Assembly: GCA_002633005.1 (NCBI GenBank)
Contig: NMRA01000044.1
Span: forward strand, 74,182-138,181
DNA from: Phoronis australis
Taxonomy: Eukaryota > Animalia > Phoronida
Reading direction: 5' to 3'
Length of the DNA: 64,000 nt
The translations under genes were made by a program, and so were the position numbers. The notes below the pieces were generated by a model. It searched no databases. It was given only the letters and a program-made list of their open reading frames with translations, and had not been told where the DNA came from. This document shows, in pieces, positions 9,751-53,080 of the stretch (position 1 is its first letter; the number at the start of each line of letters is the position of its first letter).

Positions 9751-12700
9751 TCCTCGGAGCGCTTTCATTTTTCCTGTGAACTCTCAAGTTGTGATATTTC
9801 TAATAATTAAGTCATATTTCTTGTGGCAGGTTTCCCAACGATGAATCTTCGCGTAAAAAGTGGGCAAAAGCTGCTCGACGAAGCATGTCTGATGACAATT
9901 GGTGGGAGTCAGGCTCTGAAAGTGTTTCACGTTCCCAGCACTTTTCTGAACTGGATATTGGCCGAAATGGTTGTCCATGGGGATTTGGACTGATGCTGTT
10001 TCTGCAGGTAATTGTAGTGTTGGAGCATGTGTCTGAATTTAGCTATGATGTGGCATCTGTTACACTTTCATCTCATTTTGAAGCAAATCGCCTTGAGCTA
10101 TTATTCAGCAAAATGTGTAAACTGGTAAACAGCTTTTTATCGGATTAGCTGAGTAAAACACTTACTGAATGAAGAAACGTGGTCCTTCCTTCCGCTGCTA
10201 ACACTTTACTACCTGGTAATGAACAAACAAGACAACTACAGAGCTATTAAAATTCAGAGCCAAAGCAATAGCAAAAGCAAGAATTATGTTTTGGTCCACA
10301 CTTTTTGCTGTCTTGGGTGCTTCTCACCAGTACCATTTCCACCCGGATCATTCATTGTTGTATCTCTTTTCAGGGGTCGTTCTTGCCAGGTCTATCACGA
10401 TGAGGAGCTTCAACAATATTCAACATCAATGAGCTCGATTATTACCAAAGTGTGTCATCTGAGCGCCTCAGTGTCATCGAGAATATTGTGGTTTTATTGT
10501 TCTTATAGTTATTGCAATCGTGCCATGGAGTGATTGCCGGGAACCACCACCCCTCCAGCCAAGTGAAGAGTTTTATCACTTGCTAAAACTGAAGAAAAAC
10601 AGCGGACTTATATGATGCTAGCACCTGGAATCATACATATTGATCTGTGCCGAAAAGATCTTGAGAAGAGGCATGAATATATTGTTTGCCAATTGAATCT
10701 GTTCTATGCAGAAAATAAGTGTTGGCGTGACAGAGAATGTGACAACAGCGACCTATTTCACTCGAGAAACAATGATACTAAATCACAGTATGGAACTAAC
10801 GATCACTATTTTGACTTGATTGAGTTGTTAGTGGCCAAGTACTATAATATTAGAATGAATCATGTTGTACACTGCATCATTCAATACTGGTAGTGTGAGT
10901 CAGAAGCTGACCAAGCTCATTTTTGCGAAGGCCGGTGAATTCATGACAAAAAATAGTACATTTAGATGTTTCTAGACGCGATTGATGTGGTTATGCGCTA
11001 GTATTTAATTGTCCAAATTTTCAAATAGAAAAGGCCAACTGAAATGGGTCGGTATCCTTTTCCCAACATTGTGTGTGATGTTTTAGGTTCCTTTTCCCCA
11101 TTGTTACCTGGTGTATGCTGAAATTGGTCTCGATGTTTTTGAAAGGTGAGGTGTTGGTTTTCGAAACAGCTCGAGGGTCTAGTTTTTTGTGCTGTAAATT
11201 GAATTCAAAATTATTGTTGTCGTTTTGCTTCTTAATTTAAATACAAACTCAATATAAGTGTTTATAAGTTGTATACAGTAGCTCATTGGCTCAAATTATT
11301 TGTAGTTTACGTACACAAATTTCTAGTCTAATGTCGCTCTTGCTGACCCCGAGATCGAGGTACAACTCGATTAACAACACCGGTTTTCGAGGAAAAACTC
11401 ATAGCTTTAATGCTACGGTCATCAAGTGCACACTAGGATTATTAGAAAATCATCCAAGAAAATCACTACATACTTGAGCACAGAATTAAAGAGTATAAGC
11501 ACTTATGTTTATTTGTGTTAAAGAATAGCGGAAAACATCAAAAATAAAGTTTGATTTCCAGTACAAAGATTAGACCCAGAACCAATAATATAATTTTTTG
11601 GTCTTTCCAGGTTTAAAAATTGAAACTGGAATAAAATGAATTTTTGGAGGGGAGAATTGGATCGCAGAAACAATTGTTCAACTTCATTTGGCCCACAGAA
11701 CACCCAATTAAGTCCATGCTGCTTCTGCTTGACTTTGTCTGATCTGTCTTCTAAGAGTTCAGTGACCCACGATATCGTTGCTTTCTAGCAACGAAGAAAC
11801 ACAAAAATGACAAAAAATTGATAGTAGCACATTTGTACCTAGCGGACACCACTTCGAAGATTTATTAATATAGCCAGGTCATCAGGAATAGGGCAGGAAG
11901 AAAGGGGTGTCCCAAGAATGCTACACCCCACACTAGATGAGTTACTTCTGTAGATTTCATGAGATGAGACAAGTTATTCCAGTCTAAATGCCTTGGTATG
12001 GAGCATGAACGTTAGGGCAGTTTATGACTATTGACTTTTGTCATTTTATTTTGTGGCGGAGTGTTGTCACTGGTAACAGAATCGCGTACCAGTAAAAGTC
12101 GGATCCAGCTGAATCGAGGGATTAAATTAGAGTAGGTTAAATCTGACTTTTGTGTAGTGCGTGTACCAGTACTGTAACTTTTTCCCAGTTAGACAGTTCC
12201 CGTTTATGTCAAAGTGTGTGTTTACTGCCTGGTGGTGATATTTTGAAATAAATCAAGACTATTGTTTGAGATAGGTACCGTATCTCAATATGTTGTTTCT
12301 GTAAGTGTGAACATTTTTTGTTTTCCTAATGCTTCTGGATGGCCAGTTAAATTGAACAGTGTGCTTGTTATTGACACATCCAAGGGGTTCATTGTTTGGT
12401 GCAAAAATTAACATTGCGAACGCCTTTTTAAAACCGTCAGATATTCGCACCCCAGACTTCCAAATGGAATTAGGTTAAATTTTAGGGGGCCATGGGCCCT
12501 TTTCCCCTCTCCATCCCCGCACCCAACCCGCCACTGGGTTTACAAAGCTTTTCGTGAAAGTTCGAGGATATAAAAGTGATTTAAATCAACTATATGTGTG
12601 TGCAATGAACACGAAACATCAACCCAACACACAAGAATACAACCGAGACACGATTTACGTTGTGTTATCGGCGTTTACAACCCTATTAAAATGCAACAAT

Positions 12701-13095
12701 TTCAGAGTTTGTGTAGGCGTAAAACACAAAGTAAAAGGTACCGGGGCGAAACAAATCTTTTACATTAGGAGAGTAAGAATGAAACCGCCCAACACATTTT
12801 CCTTCGTCTACGGTCATAATCTATGCCCCCCTTCCCCCTCTCCTTCCCCCAGTCTATAAATTGTTTAGTCATCCTAAAAGCCTTTCTCTAGCCACCCATC
12901 TCCCTATTCTCTAACAGTTTTGCCCCAAAAGGTAGCTAGATTCCATGCAGACCACGTACTGTATTATTTGTCATGACAACTACTCAATAGTTTCCCGCAG
13001 TTGCGAGTAGGTCAAACCCCATTCCCTGTAAGTTGCGCCACTGGGATTGTTTCCTTCCGCAACAGGTAATTGTTTTAATTATATATTAGATAGGG

Positions 13096-43477
<30,382 letters not shown>

Positions 43478-44225
43478 ATGGATCGGAAGTTACACGGGTT
43501 CATGGAGCTCACTATGGGCATAATTTTTGCCTCTACCTCTTCCAGTCGTGTCAGTGAAGCAGCGATGATGCTTCTCGATTGTATTAAATGTTTGCCACTT
43601 GTAATAGATCGTGCAGGCCACGACCTTTATAATACAACTATGTTGAGAATATGTAAATATATTCCAGTTGTTTAGAAAGACATTTGCCTATCGGCGCTTT
43701 ATGGATCCAGATCTGCTTTTTGAATATTTAAGTCCTTACTGGAGCAAAAGGGTGATATGTGTATCGCTTTAATTAATTTTCTATTCGGTTAGTTTATGTT
43801 CACAGATTATATAATAATGACTGTCACCTTCACGCTAGTCAATGCGTCTTGGTTACTTGTCTAATTTTATTGCATGTAGTTTTAAATTCAGATGCTTAAC
43901 ATACCTCATACATGTGCCAAGTTTGAACGGTTGAATTAGAGCGCCAACGTACTTTTTCATTTCGACTACAGAGAACATGTACTATTTATCGCGTTAAACA
44001 AATTATTTTTATTTTTAAAATGGAATAGAATAGTTTTAGATATTTTTCTTTTGCATAACTTTGGACCACTGCGTAACGAAGTCAGGAATCAGTTCAGCGT
44101 GTTCCGTAAAAGTTTTGTCTGTTTCCGAAATACATCAAGAGACTGCCCACTGATTCTTTGCGTATGGAATTTGCCAATAAATTCGGGTACATCTTCATAT
44201 TGGAGTGTTTTTATGACGGGAGCTC

Positions 44226-47200
44226 TCAATCGTGGAAATCCGGCTTGCTCAAGGGTAACTCCCCTGTGTCGCCAACTGTCGTCATGGATAGCGTAGTGCT
44301 CTTCCGCCTTTCCTCCATGTTTTTGTTGAAATCTCGAATCGCCGCTAACGATTTTTGCATCTTTAGCTTATTGGGAAGCTTCGCTGGCCCAGACTTTGAG
44401 ACCCTTTGAGCTTTTTTTTCGAAAGACGAGTTTAAGTGTAGCGTAACATTTGACAGTTTTTTGGAGGTCTCTGATAATGGGTACTTGGGGTGCATGTTAG
44501 AATATTGTTTCACACTTTGTGAAGAATGCGGGGGGATGTGCTGTGGTCTTGTATGAAGCACGGGTTGCTGTTTGTGCAAGGCATCCTTTTTGTCGTGTTC
44601 GTACTTGATCAGAAGATCCTCCGATTTTTTTGTGGAGTTAGCTGATTTGCATTTGTCGTGTAAAGATATGCTGCCTTGGTGGGTTCTGGTACTTGTTAGA
44701 CGGCGAGCTGACGTGGACGATGCACGGCGAAGTATTGACGTACGTCTGTCACTCAGAGGATTAAGTTTGAAGATTGCTTTCATGCCGTTCCTATACTGCC
44801 TAATGTCTTCCTCCATTGACGATATCTCGAGTTTTAACATGTCTGCATTGCCTTTACCATGTACTATCATTGACTTTAGGGCTGCGTATCGCATCTCAAA
44901 TCTAAAAACCAAATGCGCAAGTGCGTGTAAAACAGGTTGTAAACACAACATTATTAAAAGAACTTGTCTAAAGTAATATTGATGATTGCCTTGTAGTATG
45001 CCATGCAGTATCATTATACGACCTGTGATACATCTGTCTGCTGATTGGTTGAAAAGCTGTAAGATGACTTCCCTTATAAGGTCATGTTGACCGGGTATAT
45101 CCTTTCATGCCAATAACCAATACCAATTACAGACTGCAGAAATCATAAACCCTTCACATTGTAAACTAAATGACCAGACGTATAGTAATGGCTGTTCACA
45201 TTTTGCCTCGAAAATTACTAACCTTCTAAAAATACTTTGATATTCATACAACAGTTGGTCGTGTTTCGTGTTCAAAGAGTCGTGCTTGGCGAGAAATGAC
45301 ATGAAATTCTCCATGAGATAGGCGCTATCCTCTTTTACTCCAAACAAGTACTCGTCTCTCATGTAATCCTTCAATTTAGCACAGAGCGAATTGATGATCA
45401 TTTTATTATCTTGGACGACTCTGTCCATCTTGATGAGGCACCTACTCTCAGCTTCATTCATCCTGAAAATGAATTGGGATTAACCACCGGACCAAGGAGT
45501 GTAGTAGTCAAGGAGTGTAGTAGTATAGGAGAGTTCACTTGTGAGTTCGCTGTTACCGCTACTACTAGCGCCGCCAAGTGGTGAACAAGCTACGGTCACC
45601 CTGGAAGCGCCAAAACAATGGGGACGGACGCATTTTGCAGTGCGATAAATTGCATGAATTCATCCACGAAAACCCCAGACGTGTCATTTTGTAGGTTTCC
45701 TAAGGATCCAGAAAGGTAAGGATTATCTGTTATTCAATAATATGATACATTGTCTTTCATTTTGTGTGTTCTGTTCACGGTTGTTAGACAAGTCGATCGC
45801 AGTCCCGGTGCCCGGCACTGTCTGTTGTCTGCAGTGTAGGCTAGACCTACTGNAATGATGTCACGCAATTGGCATTTTTTCTATTTTGAGTCTAGTGTCG
45901 CCGAGTGAATTTCTTATTTGCGTTTTTGTTTAGGATATTGGCGGGGTAAAATATAATTGATGCTAACAAGCTAGCAATTGTTCGACTTTCAAAATACATG
46001 TATTAGTCGCTTAACATATTCAACTAAATGAAGTAGTCCGTGTCACATTGCAAAATAACCAAAATTTGGTAAGGATTTGCATAAAAACCTAAATGGAACA
46101 TTGTTTGGCTTCTTAACATTAGTTCTAATTTCCCCGAACTAATTTCTTTCACAAATGTTCAATTTAAAAGTTGACGTTCGAGGGTGCCCTTTTCCTTTCA
46201 GGCTTGCTAAGTTATTCCATGACCATTCTTTATTTACATCTCACTCTTCAAAAACTTGTCATGCTGACATGATTGGTCGACGTGCAATGAAACTTTAAGG
46301 ACGTGACAGTTTGAACTTGAAATAAGCTTCACTGAAGGCGAAAGTGATTCTAAACCATCGCCAGTTATGACAAGGGTAATATTCTCCAAGAGAATGGTTA
46401 AAGGATACTACACTGGATTTTTTTTCGAATAAAAAGTATTGTTCCTAAAAACTATTTACAAAGAGCCAGCTCTAATTGTTATGGAATAATTTGGGTAAGT
46501 GCAACCACCTACATACAGAGCTCACTTTGCAGCCATTTTCTCATTTACAGGAGATATGCTTCTGCAAAACCACCAGTTGACGCTTTTTTGCCTTACAAGT
46601 TTTAAAGTCACGTTCAAGAAGTTTCACGTACAAAAAGCCTGGATTACCAGAGTGTAGTTCATTGACACCTACATGGTTCAGATTGAGGTGAGGCAGCCCT
46701 CTTGAAATAAAGTCACGTTGAAAATGTACCTGTTTTGCAAGTTTAACTTTCTAAGGTATTCCTGCTCTTTAAGTTGTATTTCTTCTTGAAGACCTTTGAC
46801 CTCGTTGTCCTTTTCTTGGATTTGCTTCATGAGGTCGCCATGTTTTCCTTTGAGGGTTTCAATGTTTTGAAGGCCTTCCTCTATTTCCTCTGTGTTTTTC
46901 TTTTCGCGTTCTAACGCTTTTTGAAACTGGCTGCTCTCCTTCTCCTTGTCCAGCCTTGCCTCTACGTGGCGGATAAAAGTGGCAACTTGAGTTTTTATCT
47001 GAAAAGTACAGCACACGAGCATCTGAATGCATAAAGTGTAAACTATATCCAGACAAAATGGATTCCAGGCGTTATTTCCATTTGGAAAGTAATACAATTC
47101 TTGGATTTTCGTTTTAATTTCAGGCACCAATAGTGAAACTTTGAACATTGGTTCAATTAGTTTAGCTGATAGCCGTGGAAGTTCCGAGATCCGTTTTATG

Positions 47201-50075
47201 AAAGGTCTTAGTCCGATCTCTACTAAGACGGTTGTAAAGTTCGATGTTAATTTGTCCACAGTGTACACAGTGTATCGTGAAGTTTGAACATAAAGCATTG
47301 TGAACTTTACGTCAGTTTCAACGTTTTCACTCTTTTTGAAACACACAGCATTGCGTTTGCAACGTGCCAGCATCGGCCGTAACTACAACGGCACTTTCGA
47401 CCTTTGAGAAAATGGACCACCCCCCTCATACTCAAATCACGTTACATGTATCACGTGATATGAGAGACCCACTCGGTTGTACATGGATTGGAGGCTTCTG
47501 AACTTTTAAGAACCAGTCTTTGACGAAGAGGCAAAAGTTTTGACATAGATACAGACTTTGTAATAAATGGAGGAATGTTTTAGAAGGGCTTGGAATGACA
47601 ATGAAGTCATTCTCTGCACGGCAAGGTGAACCAAAAAATCATCCATTCTACGTGACCAGGTAAAGCGACATTTCCGTCCCACTTGTGAACTAGTTATAAT
47701 CACTAAGGCATTGTCATCTTACTGATATTATAAATACTGTCAAGATGTAATCCAAACTTCTCCATTCAGCCCATTTTTCGAGTCTTGTACTTAGGGTGTA
47801 GTCAAAATATGAAAGAAGAATACCTCTCACTCCGTCCCGAACGTTAGCTGCCTACAATCTACGAACTTACAACTTGATTGAGAATAGCCTCCAGCTTCCT
47901 TTTAAAGCTTTCCGTTAAGATCCTGTCGAGTTGGGGGAACTGGTGATATACATCTTTCATTTCCACCCCGAGTGACATCTCCGACGACCCATTGTTGTCT
48001 ACGTCATACACAAAACGCGCGTACAGATTATTTGATCCCAAGATTTCTAACTGTGTTCTGAACTTTCAAATACAAGTTTGATCGTGTAATGGGAAGCACG
48101 ATCCAGCGGACGGCCTTCCCACGACTCTTCTAATTTTTGGTGTGCCGTTCCCATTTGAAGTCGGTCTTTCCCATTCAAAGCCCGTGCTTCTCATTATTCG
48201 ACTAAACGAGAAAAAGGGCCTACACATTTAGATGTACCTGAAATTGGTTTCACAAGGTGTTACAAAACATTGAACCGGCGATTGCCATTGTACAAGTGAC
48301 AACTTATTTTTTGAAATGTAAAGCTTGTCAAAACTGCTTTAAGGTGGTAAATTACTTCTCTCAGGTTTAATTGTTGACTACTTTCTTCCTGCGATGCCAT
48401 CTTAAAGTGCCTTAACTGTCAAAAACGAAGAATGGGTAGAACATTTCAAATAACAGATATTTTAGTTTGAAAAGCATCGATTTTGTGATGCTTTTTTGTT
48501 GTTTTGGCTTTTAATAATAGCGCGTAATCAAATTTTAAATTACATCACACTAAACAATAGGCAATCCAAAGTATAGACAGTAGGTGTGGCTCAACTCAAA
48601 CAGCTATTTTGAATAAGTTAAAGAAGAATTTCAAATTTCCTGTTGCGGATTGGTGTCATTAGCTAAGCGTATGTCACATTCACTGAAATGAATCGGGGCA
48701 ATCGTGATTTTTGAAATTACCAGTGCCGCGTTAGCAAAAGTCAAATTGTGCATTCTTGTTTGACGTTCTTTGAACTAATATGAATCAAAAACTATTTTTT
48801 TGTTTCACCAAAAATGCAACGGTTATCAAAATGAAACTTAGAAGAAGAACTCTACGGATGGGATTTACTTTTGCGTTTCTACAGAAGCTAAAACTCTCAA
48901 ATTGGATGTACTCAAAATTCTGAAAAACGCGTTTACTTACGCCGACGTAAAAAATCATATAACTAAAATTATTGAGCCAAAAACTGACATGGTGATGCGA
49001 AATTAATCAGTTTTTAAAACTGTTTCTATCATTAATTTAATTAAAGGTCCCTTTTCAATAACCCATGTACATTTCACACTTGTGCCCGAGCTGCCTTTGT
49101 CTAGACGGCTGTAACGGAAAAACTATGAAGTAATGCAAACTTTTCTTCAACGATTAATTAAGAATGTATCCACCCCTTAAAAGTGCAACGTGTAGTCGCT
49201 AACCATCGGCATGCAAAATGTCTGCCAACATCCAATGGCCGGACGCATGCAAAGCATCGCAGAATCGCTCAAATGCCTTCACGCCACGAAGCGGTAATAA
49301 CTTGAGTAGCAATTCGTTCTGCTCCTCTCTGGAACTACAACTCTGAAACGAAAGAGCAAGAGCCTCTATATTGCGGGGAACCGCTCGAAAAGTATTCCTG
49401 TTCATGGATTACAAAAGTATACACTTGTGGACATCAGCAAATTTGATTCTAAAAATGGCCGCAAGATTTTTTTGCCATGACAGTAGTAAGTTTCAACTTC
49501 ATCACAATGGAGCGTGAGTCCAGCCACCATTGGTATAAAGCGACCAGTCCTGGAAAGATTGGCCAACTCCCCAAAGATTCTTGTCGTTTTGACACTCTTT
49601 TTACGGCTGAAAAATGTCCAGGGTACACTTAAATAGTTGTCTCGCGACCAGAAAAACTGGCAAAAATCACGTGTCCTCTTGTAAAATACACGGCATCTTT
49701 CGCGTAATTTCTCGAAGTTTTGCTTTTCTAGAGAGTTCCTACCGAGGTCTTAGCGTTCTTGAACTCTAGCATGGGCTGTCTATGACGGGAATCTATTTTC
49801 TATCATGGTATTATAAGGTTTGAGACATGTTTGTCATTGTGGTTAGGTAAGCTTTGCAATTTACGTTTCTGTTGGTAAGTAAAGAAAAAATATCTCTTTG
49901 TTGTCCACATAGTGTAACAAGTGTTTGTATGGCAACTCACCATAATATCGTCGACCATGGAGTCAGCGAGGATGTGGTAATGTCGCAACTTTTCAGCAAA
50001 CTCTGACGTCATTATGATATTGTGGACGAGGAGGACGTGATTTCGTTTGAGTACATTCTTGTGTGCTGGACTCAT
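44226..50075 (-). CDS. CARD (caspase-2/RAIDD-like) + coiled-coil protein, paralogue A; 6 coding exons, about 528 aa
   Basis: Exons on -: 50075-49941, 49342-49204, 47998-47871, 46998-46730, 45462-45223, 44901-44226. All introns GT-AG and phase-consistent (sum 1587 nt). CARD: MSPAHKNVLKRNHVLLVHNI...EQNELLLKLLPLRGVKAFERFCDALHASGHWMLADIL. E/K/Q-rich heptads follow, then a Ser/Lys/Arg-rich tail. The exon 3 acceptor is the least certain. Confidence 0.82.
45493..45715 (+). mobile_element. 5' end of a P-like THAP transposon (first THAP exon), antisense within CARD-A intron 4
   Basis: Duplicated caaggagtgtagtagt (45493-45524), a CpG-rich leader, then ATG at 45618: MGTDAFCSAINCMNSSTKTPDVSFCRFPKDPER followed by donor ag|gtaag at 45715. 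No downstream exon was recognised. Confidence 0.65.
48082..48201. mobile_element. Small MITE with 19-bp imperfect TIRs
   Basis: tcgtgtaatgggaagcacg and cgtgcttctcattattcga; internal ttccca repeats. Confidence 0.5.
48343..49176. mobile_element. Possible Kolobok-like TTAA element in CARD-A intron 2
   Basis: ttaa|ggtggtaaattacttc ... gaatgtatccacccc|ttaa; TIR match is only loose. Confidence 0.3.
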
Positions 50076-53000
50076 ATCTAAAAGTTGGTGTTTCACAGTA
50101 TAAAAATAGTCTTTAATGTGAACCAGGAGTTGCCGAGGTAGAGGGCTTTTTCCCGAGCTATCCGTGAAAAGGTCAGCGTGCCCTTGTGTTTTGATCAATA
50201 CTCTTCCAATCGGTGTATTAGACTGTGCAAATCATAGTTTGGCCATTAGAAAATTAAAACATTGATTTAACGTACATGTAGATGGAATAAATTGGAACAT
50301 GGCCAGGTTATTACGTTTAGCTAGTGAACATGGGATTTCGACCAGACTCGGTTTAGCAACAATTGTTGTACTTGTTTAACTTTGTCAGGTTATGTGAATC
50401 AGTGACTTCACGAGAGCAGATCGTCTGCTCCGTTGGCTGGGAAAAAAGACCAAAAACTGCTTTTTGAAACTCATGTTATCGCAGTCAATCTATCAGGCCA
50501 AAAAACCGTTATTGGTTTTAGTCTCTACCTCTGGCAATTTCCGATCTAATTTTGTGCAAACTCAAGATAATTGGCTATTACTGTGTGCTCGATCACGAAT
50601 TTCTAGCCCATGTTTCATTGCTCTTGATAGCCCTTTATGCGTGCTACAAACTCGAGTAAGAACTCGGGATTCGAGTACAAACTTGAAATTTCGAGTTCAG
50701 ACTTGAACTTTTGGCTTTCATGCTGGTGGCACCAAATGCAAGTTATCAACGTAAGCCATCATGTAGTCCAGTATAGCTTAATAGACACTTTTCTTGGAAT
50801 ATGGCAGTAGAGTTTAGCATGACGTCATTTCGACGTTTTGAACCCAGTGCGACGGCATGTCTCATATCCTTATTTCCGGGTCCAAATTGCGTCATCTACT
50901 GCCATGACACGTCATCACCAAACATCCGAACAATGTCGAGTTCGATTTCAAGTATAAAGACTAGATCCCGGGCCCAGAACCATGTGTGCTTTTTTGACTT
51001 TATCTAGTTAATCGGCTCGCCGGATATTTTGTTATTCTGGATGAATTGGAGTATTCAAGGGATCCTGGCAGTGCTTTAGCAGTGCAAGAAATTTCAGTTT
51101 AAGCAAACGCAGGTACCGGTCAAATGATACACAGAGTAGCCTTTTAAGACCACATTGCGTCATAGCTACAATTGTAGAAAACATCAAACAAAGAACGGCC
51201 GATGGCAGTAGCTTTGGACATTCACCGTATCAGAAGTAGAAGCATGTTATGGTGAAGTAACGTTTTCGCGACATAAAGCTTCATCGCGAGAAAACACAAA
51301 CATTCGCCGGTATCCACGTTAAAGCATGCATAGCATGTTGAAAAGAACACCAATATATGGGGGTGTTGTTTTTAATTGCTCGGATTCTTACGGTGATGTG
51401 ACCAAGCCTGCCGTTTGTTACATTTGACAAATTATGACTCCGGTGTGGTCAGTGAAGTTTTTAACATACAGTAGGCATTAAATTCTCATGCATCGTTGTT
51501 GAAAGTAGGCTTTAAGATTTCTGTGGTCTTTCCTACGTCCTGTTCACACAGTGAATTCGACTGCATACCTGAGTTAGGACAAGTCTGTTGAGTCGTATCA
51601 AATCCACTGGTCGGTTTCCCAAAATCCTTTGTACGTGTAACGTCTCAAGTTATCGTGCAGCAAAAAGATCAATAGTAACCCTAATTGTCGATAGAGTAAA
51701 CTTAGTACAGGGTTGTCAGAAATGTGCAGCAAACTCTCTTGTATGGCACATCCCACAATGTATTGTTTAGTCTCAAAATTACGTGATTCTCTAGCGATGT
51801 ATATTTTAGTTGCTTAAACGAGGCTCAGTGTCGTTTTTTGCTCGACAGAGGTCGCTCATTTAGTTTACTCTATCCAGAGACCGTATTTATACGTCATTGC
51901 TCTATCTGCTACTTGCTGAAACGTAAGGTGTCATACGTAAATAGTCTTCTGGAATATGAAGTGGTTGCAAACACTTAAACATTTACTGTAAATTAACTAC
52001 AAAAATAGAAGTTTTATTTTACATGTTCAACGACTTCATGTAGAAGTAGAGGTCAGTATTTTTAAGCACAAACACACACAATGCTTCGAAATGACGATAA
52101 AACGCATTTGGGCCACACTATTTCCAGTGCAAGAAACTCAGAGGACTGACACGAATTCCACAGTGGCAATAACAAAATGAGTATTAGCATTAAAACTAAT
52201 GCATCTAGAATTTACATAAGCCATTTTTCAAGCGACTCTAGCATGTATAAACATCACATTAAAGAGGCATGGAACTCGAAAGATATCTTTTAAACAATTC
52301 CTGACAAAAAAATCCTGACGAAATACCATCTCACAACGTCTAGTACAAAGTAATTCACTTCCCCTGTGCGGAAATTTCCGTAAAAATCACAAAATTCACG
52401 ATTTATTAAATACACGCGAAGGAAATACTCTGTGGTTACCACTGAGTTTCTAATCTCCCTCCCACTTACGATAAATGCGCGCATGGTCTCACAGACAGTT
52501 GCTTGAAGTAGCTTGAGGTCAAAGGTCAAATTTTCCAAATAAGGGAAATGCGCTACGTCTAGGCCATGCCATACCAAATAAGGAGATATGCTTTGCCTTG
52601 CGGGAGAAAAATCGACGGTGGCGAGCAAGTGACAGAAAATGCTTTGATCTCAACAAAAATTAAAAATCTTTACAAACAAATCCTAAAATGTCTAGTGAGC
52701 AGGTTGGATTCTGTTTCAGTGGCAGAGAACCACTTTCAACATTGCAACTTAGTCTGTTTATCGCGTTCCAGGCCTCTTTAATGTTCGAAATGCATCGCTA
52801 TATCCACTTTCGCGAGGACCCTTCTTCAAAGAAGTTGGAACCTAACGTGAAGACGACAAGTTGCGAGTGGTTGAAGCAACAATTCAAATTACACCTATCC
52901 AATCGAAAGGTGGCCAGACAGCTTTAATGTCTTACTTTCAAGGTTAAGGCCCTCATTTTCAAGCAACCAATGCTCGTCAAAAAGACGTCACCAGTGACGT

Positions 53001-53080
53001 AATGACTTGCGTCAAGGAATGAAGGAAGGTTCAGGCGTTTTCAGGAAGCAGGGCACAGTTTTGCCTTCCTCAGGTGGTGT

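Larger units (their letters stand above)
7639..10950 (+). pseudogene. Degenerate, internally deleted P-element/THAP9-like transposase gene
   Basis: Exon 7639-7718 (L)PVYCVALNCK...TF*R joins in phase to exon 9830-10007 FPNDESSRKKWAKAARR...WW...SQHFSELD (THAP, third Cys lost). Then NHTY near 10629 (DHxY-like) and a short coiled coil. Then HYFDLIELLVAKYYNIRMNH and SQKLTKLIF (about 10800-10930), resembling the P-transposase C-terminus. The catalytic core is absent. Confidence 0.65.

Noticed and set aside
44572-44976. 134-aa + strand ORF
   Set aside because: Antisense shadow of the last CARD-A exon.
46999-47373. N-terminal extension of ORF 46678-47373
   Set aside because: Upstream of a clear acceptor at 46999, and the paralogue's exon has the same 269-nt length, so this part is intronic read-through.
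48066-48240. Possible extra CARD-A exon
   Set aside because: Stops occur in the required phase and the region is explained by a small MITE.
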